A DNA stretch of 64,000 nt from Rebecca billardiae RCC1528. Lineage: Eukaryota > Protista > Haptophyta. Location of the stretch: the NCBI GenBank assembly GCA_965240325.2, contig OZ251231.1, positions 992,001 to 1,056,000 on the forward strand, written 5' to 3'. Numbering within the stretch: the stretch's first letter is position 1; each line of letters begins with the position of its first letter. Shown in pieces: positions 44,581-54,791 of this stretch. The notes under the pieces were generated by a model that saw nothing but the letters and a program-made list of their open reading frames with translations, did no database searches and had not been told where the DNA came from. Made by a program: the position numbers and the translations under genes.

Positions 44581-45891
44581 ATGTCGGAGGTCCGCACGCC
44601 GTGCGTCGTCAAATCGGCGAGCAGCTCGCTCTTCCCACTCGAGAACCTCCCCCTCGGCGTCTTCGAGACGGCGGGCCTCGGTCCACGCGTCGGCGTTGCC
44701 CTTGGCGATGTCGTCGTAGACTGCCGCGCGCTCGTGCGCGACGGGCTCCTCGAGGCAGACGGCGCGCATGCGCTCGGATCGGAGCGCGCCAGCCTGGACG
44801 AGTACCTTGCGCTTGAGCCGAGCGCATGGGCCGCCACGCGCGCGGCGCTCACCGCCCTGCTCACGGCTGGCTCCTCGCTGGACGAGGCTCGCGGCGGGCT
44901 CGGCAGCCATGCCGTGCCGCGCGCAGACGCGCGCATGCTGATGCCGTTCACGGTGGGCGACTACACCGATTTCTACTCGTCGATCGACCACGCGCGCAAC
45001 GTCGGCACCATGTTCCGCGGCGCGGCCAACGCCCTCAACCCCAACTGGACGTGGATGCCGATCGCGTACCATGGCCGCGCGTCGTCTGTCGCGGTGAGTG
45101 GCAGTGCGGATCCTCGCCGGCCGTGGGGCCAGCTCGCGCCGTCGGAGGCGGGGGGTCGGCCGTCGTTTGGGCCGTCAGCGCAGGTGGACTACGAGCTCGA
45201 GCTCGGCTTCGTCATCGGCGGCCCGCCCAACCCGATCGGCGAGCCTCTCCGGCTGCGCGGCGGCGACGCCGAGCGTCGCATCTTTGGGTCCGTGCTCGTC
45301 AACGATTGGAGCGCGCGCGACGTGCAGCGCTGGGAGTACGTGCCGCTCGGCCCGTTCACGTCGAAGAACTTCCTCACGACAATCTCGCCGTGGGTCGTCC
45401 CGCTCGCCGCGCTCGAGGCCGCGCGCTGCCCGCTCCGCGAGCCCGAGGGCGACGCGCTCGAGTACCTCGCACTCGACGCGGCCGCGCGCGGCCGCGGCGC
45501 GCTCGACATTGCGCTGGAGGTCGGGCTCTCGCACCGGGGCGCGTGGGCGGGTGAGGCGGTGGTGTGCCGGGGGAACGCGCGCACGTTGTACTGGTCCGCG
45601 GCGCAGCAGGTCGCGCACCACACCGTGACCGGCTGCAACCTGCGCCCGGGCGACCTGCTCGCCACTGGCACCATCTCAGGCCCTGAGCCCGAATCTGGCG
45701 GCTGCCTGCTCGAGCGCACGTGGCGCGCCGAGCGGCCGCTGCCGATGCCCGACGGCTCGAAGCGCGGCTTCCTCGAGGACGGGGACACCGTGGCCATCCG
45801 TGGCGTCGCGCGTGGGCCCAACGGCGCGCAGATTGGCCTTGGCGAGTGCGTCGGCACGCTGCTGCCCGCCGCCACGGGTCCGCCCGTGTAG
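44581..45891 (+). CDS. FAH: Fumarylacetoacetase
   Basis: FPLENLPLGVF, GDYTDFYSSIDHA, YHGRASS, DYELE, NDWSARDVQRWEYVPLGPF and GDLLATGTISG. Confidence 0.97.
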   Translation: MSEVRTPCVVKSASSSLFPLENLPLGVFETAGLGPRVGVALGDVVVDCRALVRDGLLEADGAHALGSERASLDEYLALEPSAWAATRAALTALLTAGSSLDEARGGLGSHAVPRADARMLMPFTVGDYTDFYSSIDHARNVGTMFRGAANALNPNWTWMPIAYHGRASSVAVSGSADPRRPWGQLAPSEAGGRPSFGPSAQVDYELELGFVIGGPPNPIGEPLRLRGGDAERRIFGSVLVNDWSARDVQRWEYVPLGPFTSKNFLTTISPWVVPLAALEAARCPLREPEGDALEYLALDAAARGRGALDIALEVGLSHRGAWAGEAVVCRGNARTLYWSAAQQVAHHTVTGCNLRPGDLLATGTISGPEPESGGCLLERTWRAERPLPMPDGSKRGFLEDGDTVAIRGVARGPNGAQIGLGECVGTLLPAATGPPV

Positions 45892-46214
45892 CCGCAGCTG
45901 CCCGCTGAAACGTGCGAGGTGAAGTTCGGAGGAGGTTCCGGCCCGCTGCCATTGTCAGCCGTGGTCCTGCAAACATCACTCTGGGTCAGCCTGGCCTCGA
46001 AAGCCCCTGCCTGCCAGCCAATTTGTGAGCAGCGGTCATGTAGTTGGGCTCGCGTCCAGGCACTGCCAAGGCGGTGGTGACCGTCAGTCAGGCCGTCGCG
46101 GCGCTCACCAGGCTCGGCCGCGACCTGACGAGAAATCGATGCGAGCAGGAAGATGCGCGCCGCATCCATGAAAAAAAAACCAGTACGCCATCAAAAAAGG
46201 ACGACGAAAGCAGA

Positions 46215-47699
46215 ATGGGGCACGTGCATCCTGTCCGCGACGCGCTGGGCGCCGCCGGCCCGTTCGGCGCGGGGTGCGAATCCAGCTCATCGGCGGTGGA
46301 GGTCGCGCACATCAGCCCCCAGGACACGAGCACGTCGGACCCCGCCGCGCCCTCGGACGAAGCGCCGGGCGTGGAGGCGTACGCGCCCTGCGAGAGCTGC
46401 CTGTCCGGCGAGCAGCTCGACGCGCACGTGAGCTCGGCGTGGGAGTGGTACGCGTCGGTGGGCTCTCCCCGGCGCTGGCTCGCGCCGCTCGTCGGCTACT
46501 CGGACGCGGCCTTCCGCCAGCTCGCGCGCGAAGCCGGCGCGGAGATGGCCTCCACGCAGATGCTCGACGCCGGCGGCTGGTGCCGCTCCGCCTCGTACCG
46601 CGCGCAGCACGCGCTCGACTCGGACAGCGGGCCGCTGATCGTGCAGCTCGGCGGCTCGGTGCCCGAGCACCTGCGCGCCTCGGCCGCTCACATCGCCGCG
46701 AGCCACCCGCGCGTCTGCGCCGTCGAGCTCAACCTCGGCTGCCCACAGCGGTGCGCGCGCAAGACGCGGATGGGCGCCTACCTCGCCGAAGACGTGCCCA
46801 ACCTGCGCGCGTGCGTGCTCGCGCTGCGCGCGGGCGTGGCGGAGGGCAACGCGGCGCGGCGCGCGGCGGGGCATGCCGTGCGCTGCGCCGTGCTGACCAA
46901 GGTGCGCTGCTTCGCCGAGCTCGAGCGCACGCTCGCCTACGCCCGGCTGCTCGAGACGCTGGGCTCCGACCTCGTCACAGTCCACGGCCGCACGCGCCAC
47001 TGGGGCGGCGGCCGGCGCACGGGGGCGAATCTCGCGCGGTGGGAGTGGATCCGCGCGGTGAAGGAGGCCGTGCGCGTGCCGTGCGTCGCGAACGGCAACA
47101 TCCGCCACGCCGCGGACGCCGCCGCGTGCCTGGCCGCCACCGGATGCGACGGCTTCATGTCCGGGGTCGGCGCGCTCAAGCGGCCTCACGCCGTGTTTGC
47201 ACCGCCCGGCTGCCCGCCCCCGTTCCCCTCGCGCGCGCACGCCGCGGCGCGGTACTTGGACATCGCCGTGGCGCGCGGCGAGCTGCCGAGGAACGCGCAC
47301 GTGCACCTCATCGGCAAGCTCGCGCTCGTGCGCCTCGCGCCCGAAGCGCACAGCCGAGATGCCGCGGCCGCGCACAGCGCTCGGCGCAAGGCTCTCAACG
47401 CGCTCGCGACGCTGCGCAGCTGGGCCGAGCCTCGCGCCTCGGCGCTGCAGCGGGACGCGGCGGCAGCCCTGGAGCAGCTGTGCGAGCAGGCCGCGTCCGA
47501 CACACGCGGCGGTGGCGTTGAGGCCGGCCTGCTCTCGGACAGCAGTGCGGATGAGGCCGATGACGCGGACGACTACCCAGATCACAGCAAGTGCGCGCTC
47601 AACGCGTCGTCAGGCAGCGGCACTGGCGGCGGCGACCTGCCACAGGCTGGCGGCGGGCAGCTCCCGAATCCGATGCGGAGTGATGGCATCGACGAATGA
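46215..47699 (+). CDS. tRNA-dihydrouridine synthase family protein (DUS1-like)
   Basis: LAPLVGYSDAAFR, PLIVQLGG, ELNLGCPQ, VTVHGRT and VANGNI. Confidence 0.9.
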   Translation: MGHVHPVRDALGAAGPFGAGCESSSSAVEVAHISPQDTSTSDPAAPSDEAPGVEAYAPCESCLSGEQLDAHVSSAWEWYASVGSPRRWLAPLVGYSDAAFRQLAREAGAEMASTQMLDAGGWCRSASYRAQHALDSDSGPLIVQLGGSVPEHLRASAAHIAASHPRVCAVELNLGCPQRCARKTRMGAYLAEDVPNLRACVLALRAGVAEGNAARRAAGHAVRCAVLTKVRCFAELERTLAYARLLETLGSDLVTVHGRTRHWGGGRRTGANLARWEWIRAVKEAVRVPCVANGNIRHAADAAACLAATGCDGFMSGVGALKRPHAVFAPPGCPPPFPSRAHAAARYLDIAVARGELPRNAHVHLIGKLALVRLAPEAHSRDAAAAHSARRKALNALATLRSWAEPRASALQRDAAAALEQLCEQAASDTRGGGVEAGLLSDSSADEADDADDYPDHSKCALNASSGSGTGGGDLPQAGGGQLPNPMRSDGIDE

Positions 47700-48270
47700 G
47701 CTAGTATGTATGAACTATATCTGACGACGATTGCTGGCGGCATGTTGTCATCGCAGTCGTCGCTGCTATGACTCCAATAAGTTGCTGCAATCTCATTGGC
47801 CGCAAAAAATCGCTTGTAATAACGGGTCGTTACGCTACGCATCCTAAAGGACGTAACTCGTAAGTTTTTTTGGACGGGCGTCACAGTCCGTCACACGGCA
47901 CTCTTTACTGTTGAATCTGTGAACGTGCCCATTAATTTCAGCTAATCAACCTCTGAAGCAGGAGGTCTCAAAATTCGAAACTCGGTCTCCTCCAGCCCTG
48001 AAAATCGTCCCCGTCCCTTTTTTCTTGATCAAAGATCTTTTTGAAACGTGGTTAGGGCCCGCACTGCGGGCTCCCGACGCTGCGCGCTCCGCCCTGCACC
48101 GCGGGCCATATAGTAATGTATGATGTATTGCTTGCATCATCAGCATCAGCATCAGTACGCACGATCTTCACAATCGTGCGAACTGGCGATGATGATATCT
48201 GATCACGGGCACGCACGACGCCGATTAGATCCGTGCTGCAGCCTTGTCAACTGCGAAGTGACCGCGCGGC

Positions 48271-49367
48271 TTACGGCGACGACTCGACGCCGCCGCCAAA
48301 CGGCGCGTTTGCGTTGGGGTAGCCCGCACCGCCGACGGAGTAGTCCTTCTTCGGCGTTGGCTCCGGCTTGCCCTGCCGCCGCGCGTCGAGCCCGTCCCAG
48401 AAGACCTGGATCGCGTCGAGGATCTCCTCGCAGTTGTCGAGGAACTTGTCCTCGTCGCACACGCGCCCGCTCAGGTACACCTCCTTGAGCTCGTCGAGGG
48501 TGTGGTCGGCATGCTGCGCCTCGAGCGCGGCGTGGTGGACCCAGAAGCCGATCGGCACGCGCTTCTCGCGCCGCGCGTTGATCCCCTTCCACCCGTCGAC
48601 CAGCTCATCCCAGAAGCCCGCCGCCGCCCAGTTCTCGACCGCGTACGACGCGGCGAGCGCCGTCTCCGCATCCTCCGAGCCGTACAGCACCTTGAGCGCG
48701 TCGCAGAAGTGAAGCGTGGAGGGGCAGCCGTGCCGCCGGGTGCCCATCGCGTCGAAGGGCACGCCGAGCGACTCGCCGATGTCGAGCAGCCACTCGTAGT
48801 GCCCCGCCTTGAAGTGGAACACGCCGCCCTCCACCGAGCCCTCGGTCGACACGATCTCCTTGTCCAGGCCGTCCACCGCGGCCGCCGCCTTGACCGACGG
48901 CTTCTTGTTGTTGTTGAAGACGACGCCGAGCTCGTTGGCCAAGATCTCCTTGCCCTGTGTGGCATACGCGCGCGTGGAGGGCGCCACCCCGCGCTCGGTG
49001 TCAGCCGCACTGCGCTGCGCGCGCGCACGCGCGCGCAAACTCAGCGAGGGGCGCGCGCCATGCGCACCTCGCGCATTTCGTCGAGCGAGGGCGCATTGAT
49101 GACCTTGGCGAGCTGCGCCTCGAGGAAGAGATTGCTGAACACGGAGAACTGCACGGTCAGGTCCCGCGCCTCCGCGTCCGACACCTCGCCCTTGCTGTAC
49201 CATGCGGTGTACGCGTTGTTCCGCACGACCGGGTGCGACATCACCTTCGACTGCACGCGCTCGACGAAGGCGGGCCATGTGGCGAGCTTGGCGCTCGCGG
49301 GGACGCTGGGCGCCGCCTGGTAGCCGAGGACCACCGCCGCAGGGAGGACGAGGGCGAGTGCGGGCAT
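48271..49367 (-). CDS. Heme-oxygenase-like dimetal enzyme (PqqC/TenA/CADD superfamily) with signal peptide; intron 48955-49067
   Basis: HPVVRNN..QFSVFSNLF..MRE|GKEILANELG..HYEWL..ASYAVEN..FWVHHAALEAQHADH shows the E/H/E/H/E/H ligand spacing of this fold. Confidence 0.7.
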
Positions 49368-49775
49368 TGCGTGCGCGACGGGACGCGGCGCGAGCGTGGA
49401 CGGGGTCTCCTCGCGGCGGAAGCGGACACCGACGGTCCAAGCCGGCGGCGGTGGTCAACGTCTGCCCGGCCGGTGGGTGCACGTCCACTCGCCCAGCGAG
49501 GGAGAGTACCTTTTCGTGACTTCGTTTGGGGCATCTGAACAGCCTCAACTTGCCCTCTGATTCGGCGTTGCTGTGTTGCCGATTCCGCAGGTGATTTCTG
49601 AGATTGCAGCCGCTTTTCGTGGCTGACATCACAGGTGAGAGCCGCTGTTGCGTCACCACACTGGACGTGACGCTCCACCGGTCATCCGGCTAGCTCTGGC
49701 GGGGAAGGGCACCCACGACCGCGCCGCCGCTGTGTTCACCGTTCGACCCCCGCCACGTCCGCCGACTTGGACCAC

Positions 49776-51185
49776 ATGAACGGGCACACGCATGCGGAGC
49801 GCCCCGCGCTGAGCGCGATCGGGCGGGCGAGCGCGCCGAACCAGATCAAGTCGCTCATCGCCCCCTTCGTCGGCGTCGGCGACATCGCCCACCTCGCCCA
49901 AGGCGCGCCGCCGCCCTCTGTGTTCCCGATCACTGGTCTCCAGCTTGAGCTCGCGGACGGCAACGTCGTGCGCGTCGGCGCCGAGGTGATGGCGGCCGCG
50001 CAGCAGTATCAGTACGCGCGCTCGGGGTACACGCCGCTACTCGAGTGGTGCAGGTGCGCGCCCTGCGCGCGCGCTCTCCTTGCACCACCCCCAAGGACGC
50101 CGTCCCGCGCGCTCCGTGCTCACAGCTCTTGCGCGCGCCCCCGCCCCGCGCCTGCGCACCACAGGGACTTCACGGCGAAGCACCACCGCGAGCGCGGCGA
50201 GTGGGAGGTGGCACTGCACGCAGGTGGGACCGACGCGATCGCCAAGCTGATCGAGGTGCTCTGCGACCCGGGCGACGTCGTGCTGTGCGAGGCGTACACG
50301 TGGTCGACCGCGCTCGACGGCATGCGCACGCACGGGGTGTGCCTCGCGGGCGTCGAGGTGGACGAGGCCGGGATGGTGCCCGCCGCGCTCGAGCGCGAGA
50401 TCACGCGCGCCGAGGCCGCAGGGCAGACGATCAAGGCCCTCTACATCGTGCCCAACGGCTCCAACCCGTGCGGCACCACGCTCGCGCCCGAGCGGTTTGC
50501 GCAGATCTACGCGCTGTGCTCTGCGCACGGCATCCTGGTGATGGAGGACGACCCGTACTGGTGGCTGGGGCTGGGCGGCGCGAAGGAGCCGCTCCCCGGG
50601 CCGGCGACGTCGTTCGCCTCCATCGACACCGACGCGCGCGTCGTGCGCATCGACTCGTTCGCCAAGTGCGTCGCGCCGGGCTTCCGGCTCGGCTGGCTCT
50701 CGGGGCCGCCGCGCATTGTGCACGCGTTCAACGCCGCCTCCTCCACGTCCACGCACAACGGCTCGCCGTTCGCGATGGCGGTGCTGCACGCGCTGCTCGA
50801 GCACTGGGGCGAGGCCGGCCTGCACGCGCACATCGAGAGCACGCGCGCGGAGTACCGCCGGCGGCTTGGCGTGGTGCTTGGCGTCGCGCAGAAGCAGCTG
50901 GCCGGCCTCGCTGATTGGTCGACGCCCAAGGCGGGGATGTTCCTCTTCCTCGACCTCTCGCCCTCGGGGGTGCAGGAGTCGACCAAGCTGATGCCCAAGC
51001 TGCGCGAGTACCGCGTGCTCACCATCCCGTCGGCTGTCTTCTCCCCGAGCGGCACGCCGTCGCCGCACATGCGCATCTCCTTCTCGCAGGCCAGCGACGA
51101 CGACATCGTCAAGGGCGTCAGCCGGCTGGCCGATCTGCTGCGCGAGCACAAAAGTGCCCCGTCGACGGTGGGGGCGGGCAGCTGA
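49776..51185 (+). CDS. PLP-dependent class I aminotransferase, Aro8/AADAT-like (aromatic or 2-aminoadipate type); intron 50054-50164
   Basis: LYIVPNGSNPCG, EDDPY, RIDSFAKCVAPGFRLGW, PKAGMFLF and MRISFS. Confidence 0.92.
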   Translation: MNGHTHAERPALSAIGRASAPNQIKSLIAPFVGVGDIAHLAQGAPPPSVFPITGLQLELADGNVVRVGAEVMAAAQQYQYARSGYTPLLEWCRCAPCARALLAPPPRTPSRALRAHSSCARPRPAPAHHRDFTAKHHRERGEWEVALHAGGTDAIAKLIEVLCDPGDVVLCEAYTWSTALDGMRTHGVCLAGVEVDEAGMVPAALEREITRAEAAGQTIKALYIVPNGSNPCGTTLAPERFAQIYALCSAHGILVMEDDPYWWLGLGGAKEPLPGPATSFASIDTDARVVRIDSFAKCVAPGFRLGWLSGPPRIVHAFNAASSTSTHNGSPFAMAVLHALLEHWGEAGLHAHIESTRAEYRRRLGVVLGVAQKQLAGLADWSTPKAGMFLFLDLSPSGVQESTKLMPKLREYRVLTIPSAVFSPSGTPSPHMRISFSQASDDDIVKGVSRLADLLREHKSAPSTVGAGS

Positions 51186-51454
51186 GCCCGGCGGCGCTCG
51201 TCAACACGTGCGGAGCCAGCAGATGCCGCAGTTCGAGCGCAGCGCGAGTGCTGGTGAATCGCGTGGCTCCCGGCTCCCGTCCGCCCGACAATAAAATTAT
51301 TCAATAATGGGCAATGGCACGCGATGATCTCACTCACTACTCAGTGATGCCGCTGCTATGAATATTCATCACACTCATTGATGATGTCGTCAGTCGTATT
51401 AATGCTGTGATGTCGCAATCTGACTGATGAGAGTACATATGAGCTATCGATCCG

Positions 51455-53897
51455 CTATGCAAGGCCGGTACCGTGACGCTCCGCGTCGCCGAGCCCAGCC
51501 ACTGAGGCGCTGCTTATCGACTGTGAGTGGGCGCGCGCCGCGGCCGCTGCTGTGGCCGCGGCCAATCGCGCGTCCACGTTGTCAGCGATCCGCGCGATGT
51601 CGGAGACAACCCGATCCGTGAGCTCGTGCCCGTGGCCGCTCACGATGGTGAGCAGGTCTGAGATCATCATCTCGTTCCCCAGGATGTCCACGTGGTCCGC
51701 CGAGCTCGAGCCGCGCAGCTTCGGCCCGCTGCTCTCGCTCGGCTGCGTCACAAACTCGCGCGTGACGACGCGCGCGCCCGACGGGTTGTACATCCGGCTC
51801 CTGCGCCAGCCGCTGGCGCACATGTAGCCCATGGACACGAGGGGGATGGTGCCGTCGCCGTCCGTGAGCCGCACGCCGTTGACGAGGTCGCGCGCGCGGT
51901 CGTTGGCTTGCCGATCGATGAGGTAGGGCACCTCGTCGACGATGGCGGCGGCGGCGGCCTGGTCTGCGCCCTCCGCGGCGGCGGCGGCGCCGGCGGCTGC
52001 GGCAGCTTCGGGGTCTGTCTCCGCGTCCGTCGGCTGTGAGGCCACCATCTTGGACTGCACGCCCGGCGTGGCGCCCGCCGCCGCTGCGCCCGCGCGCGGG
52101 CCATCGACCACCACGTACGCACGCTCGGTCTGCTGCCCGACGCCGTAGAGGCAGTGCACCGTCATGTTGGGCGCGAAGGGCAGCGGCGCCTTGAGCGGGT
52201 TGATCCACGCGCTCTCCTCCGGGTGGAGCAGCCCGCCGGGCGAGCCGACATCGTTCAGGTCGTACCAGTACCGAAATCGCTTGGTGACCGTGTCGTCGGC
52301 GGCCGCCTCGGAGCGGAGGGCGTCCTGCTCGAGCTGACGCAGCGACTCGGGCACGGTCAGCACGGGCGTGAGCGAGCCGTCGGGCGCGCGCTTGCTCAGC
52401 AGCGCGCCGAAGCTCGGCTGCGACGTCGCGCGCTGCGGCGCCCGGCAGCTCTGCGCCGCAGCGGCGAGCCCGTCCGCGTTCGCGTCGCAGCGCGTGTCCT
52501 CGGCTCCCGGCTCCGCCAGTGGGTCGTCGGGCGCGCCGTCCTCGTCGCCCCAGATCGCCGCCCCGCCCATCGGCAGCAGCGTCTGCGTCGAGGGGAACGA
52601 GCGCATCAGCCGCCGCCGCTTTGCCGCCGAGAGCACCGAGTCGAGCATCGAGCCTAGGAAGCCCGTGATGTAAGTGAAATCGCGCGACTCGCCCATGAGC
52701 AGTCCGGTCGCGCCCTTGGGCGTGCCGAGGGTGGGCGGGCCGATGAGCACGACCGCCTCGATGTGCTCGTGCACCCAGGCGGACGAGAGCCGCCCGCCGT
52801 GCGGCGACGAGATCCACTGGCTGAAGTACTGCCACACCGTCGCGCCCATCGAGTGCGCGACCACCGCCACCTTCCGGCCGTGCACCTGTCGGCAGGAGAT
52901 GGTGCGCGCGAAGTGTGAGTGAGCGCGCCATGTTGCGCTGCGGCGCTCAGAACGTGCGCGCGCGTACTTGTCGGAACATCTCGATGTGGTAGCGCAGCCG
53001 GCTAAAGTACTGGTCGCGGCGCTCGAGCTGGTGGTAGGGCAGGCGCCAGTCGTACGCGGCGACCCACGCGTTGCTCGGGCTGTACCCGATGTCCGCCAGG
53101 TTCTCGATCACCTGCGCCCACACCCAGTACCCGCCAACGACGTAGTCGGCCGCCTCGAAGCCCTGCGCGGCGCGCAGCTTGATGCCGGGCGGGTCGTCGC
53201 CCGTCAGCGCGTCGAGCTCCATGTGGCGCAGCCAGCACTCGCGATCGAGCGTGAAGAGCTTGATCATCGAGAGCGTGCCCCACACGCGCTGCCTGAAGTA
53301 CGACTTGGCGCACTTCTGCCCGGACCACATCTCCAGACCGGTCGAGATGATGCCCGGGAGCATCACGACGGGCAGCTGCGCGCTCCAGCCGCGCTCGGCG
53401 GCCTGCAGGCCCGGCCGCGTGGGCGCCGCGGGGCGCGGCTCGGCCTGCGAGGCGTTCGAGCCCTGCCCCATCGCAAAGTCGGGCAGCACGGACAGCTGCT
53501 CCAGCAGCTGCGAGATGGGCGCGTCGAACTTGCTCAGCTCGTCCACGATCGCGTTCACGAGCGGCGTGGCGGGCGTGGCGACCTCCACGCGATGTCCGGC
53601 GTACATCACGGCGGCGGCGCCGATCAGGATGCCGACGATGAAGGCAAACCGCTTCTTTGACAGCCGCTCCTGCGCCACCGCCAGCCACGAGCCCTCGTCC
53701 ATCGGTAGGATGGGCATGGATGCAGACAAGCGCGCGATGGGCACGCCACCGCCGCCGGACGGCTGCTCAGGACGGGCGAAGGCGCCCTCCGATCGCGAAC
53801 GATGCGGTGCGCGAGGGGAGGCGTGCGCGGGCTTGGCGCCATCTGGAGCCTCGCCGCCGTCCGCGTCCTGCTTCGCGGCGACGCGCGACCTGCGCAT
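51455..53897 (-). CDS. PDAT: Phospholipid:diacylglycerol acyltransferase (LCAT/LRO1 family); intron 52886-52967
   Basis: PVVMLPGIISTGLE, AAYDWRL, AHSMG, CLYGVG, GDGTIPLVSMG and HVDILG. Confidence 0.93.
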
Positions 53898-54149
53898 GCC
53901 GGCCGCTGGTCCAGGACTCGCCCGCGCTGCGCGCCCTGCCGTCTCCAGATTTGTCCAGATGCATCACGCCCTCCGGTTTTCCGTGCTTCCGGATGCGGCA
54001 GCGGACGCACGGCCGTGCGTCCGTGGGCGACTGGGCGTGGGCCGTGAGAGCTCTTTCTCCGGTTGCTCAGCCCGGCTGCACGACCACCCTTGGCTGCACC
54101 AGCGTGGGCGTGGGCCAAGCGGGCCGTCGTGGCCTCACCCGCTCGCAGG

Positions 54150-54791
54150 ATGGCTCAGCTCCTGGCCCAGCTCATCGAGGCGCTGCGGCAATGGATGGCG
54201 GCGAATCGGCCTCTGTGCTACGCCATCGTGGCGGGGCTGCTTGCTGCGTACCTCATGTACCGACCCCCACCGCCCCCGGACCGCCGAGACGGCGGATGCC
54301 GCACGCCCTCGCGCCAGCCGAGCTCCACGCGCCCCAAGATCAGCATCTCGGCGATGGGCGGCGTCCTCCTCGACGGCGAGGCGTCAGGCGGGCTGCGCGT
54401 GGTGGCGAAGGCGGTCGAGGCGGTCCGTAAGCTCGCCGAGTACGGCGACGTGTACCTTATCGCCGGCAACGTCACTTCGGACGCGGCCGAGAAGGCCGTG
54501 CGCGACACGCTCCAGCGTGAGGGGGTGCTGGCCCTGCCAGGCATCGACGCGCGCAAACTGCTCGTGTGCTCGAGCTCCATCGGCCGCACGGCGATGTGCC
54601 GGCAGATCGAGCCCGAGCTACACGTAGACGAGGCGCTCGACGTCGTGGAGTCGCTCGCTCCGCACGTGCCCTGTGTTGGGCATGTCGGTCCGTCAGCAGC
54701 GCCCAGCAAGCGTGACAACGTGCACGTTGCGTCGGACCTTGGCGAGCTCGTCGACGTCTTCTTGGCGACGCGGTCCGAGCTGGTCTCCTGA
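54150..54791 (+). CDS. PEX22: Peroxin PEX22 (plant-type)
   Basis: N-terminal TM segment; KLLVCSSSIGRTAMCRQIEPELHVD matches the recalled plant PEX22 motif KVLFCSTEIGRTSFVRQLEPDWHID. Confidence 0.78.
   Translation: MAQLLAQLIEALRQWMAANRPLCYAIVAGLLAAYLMYRPPPPPDRRDGGCRTPSRQPSSTRPKISISAMGGVLLDGEASGGLRVVAKAVEAVRKLAEYGDVYLIAGNVTSDAAEKAVRDTLQREGVLALPGIDARKLLVCSSSIGRTAMCRQIEPELHVDEALDVVESLAPHVPCVGHVGPSAAPSKRDNVHVASDLGELVDVFLATRSELVS

Noticed and set aside
46215-47699. DUS as a functional member of the Tyr cluster
   Set aside because: It keeps the normal tRNA-DUS motifs including the catalytic Cys, has no known pathway link, and is most likely an interspersed gene.
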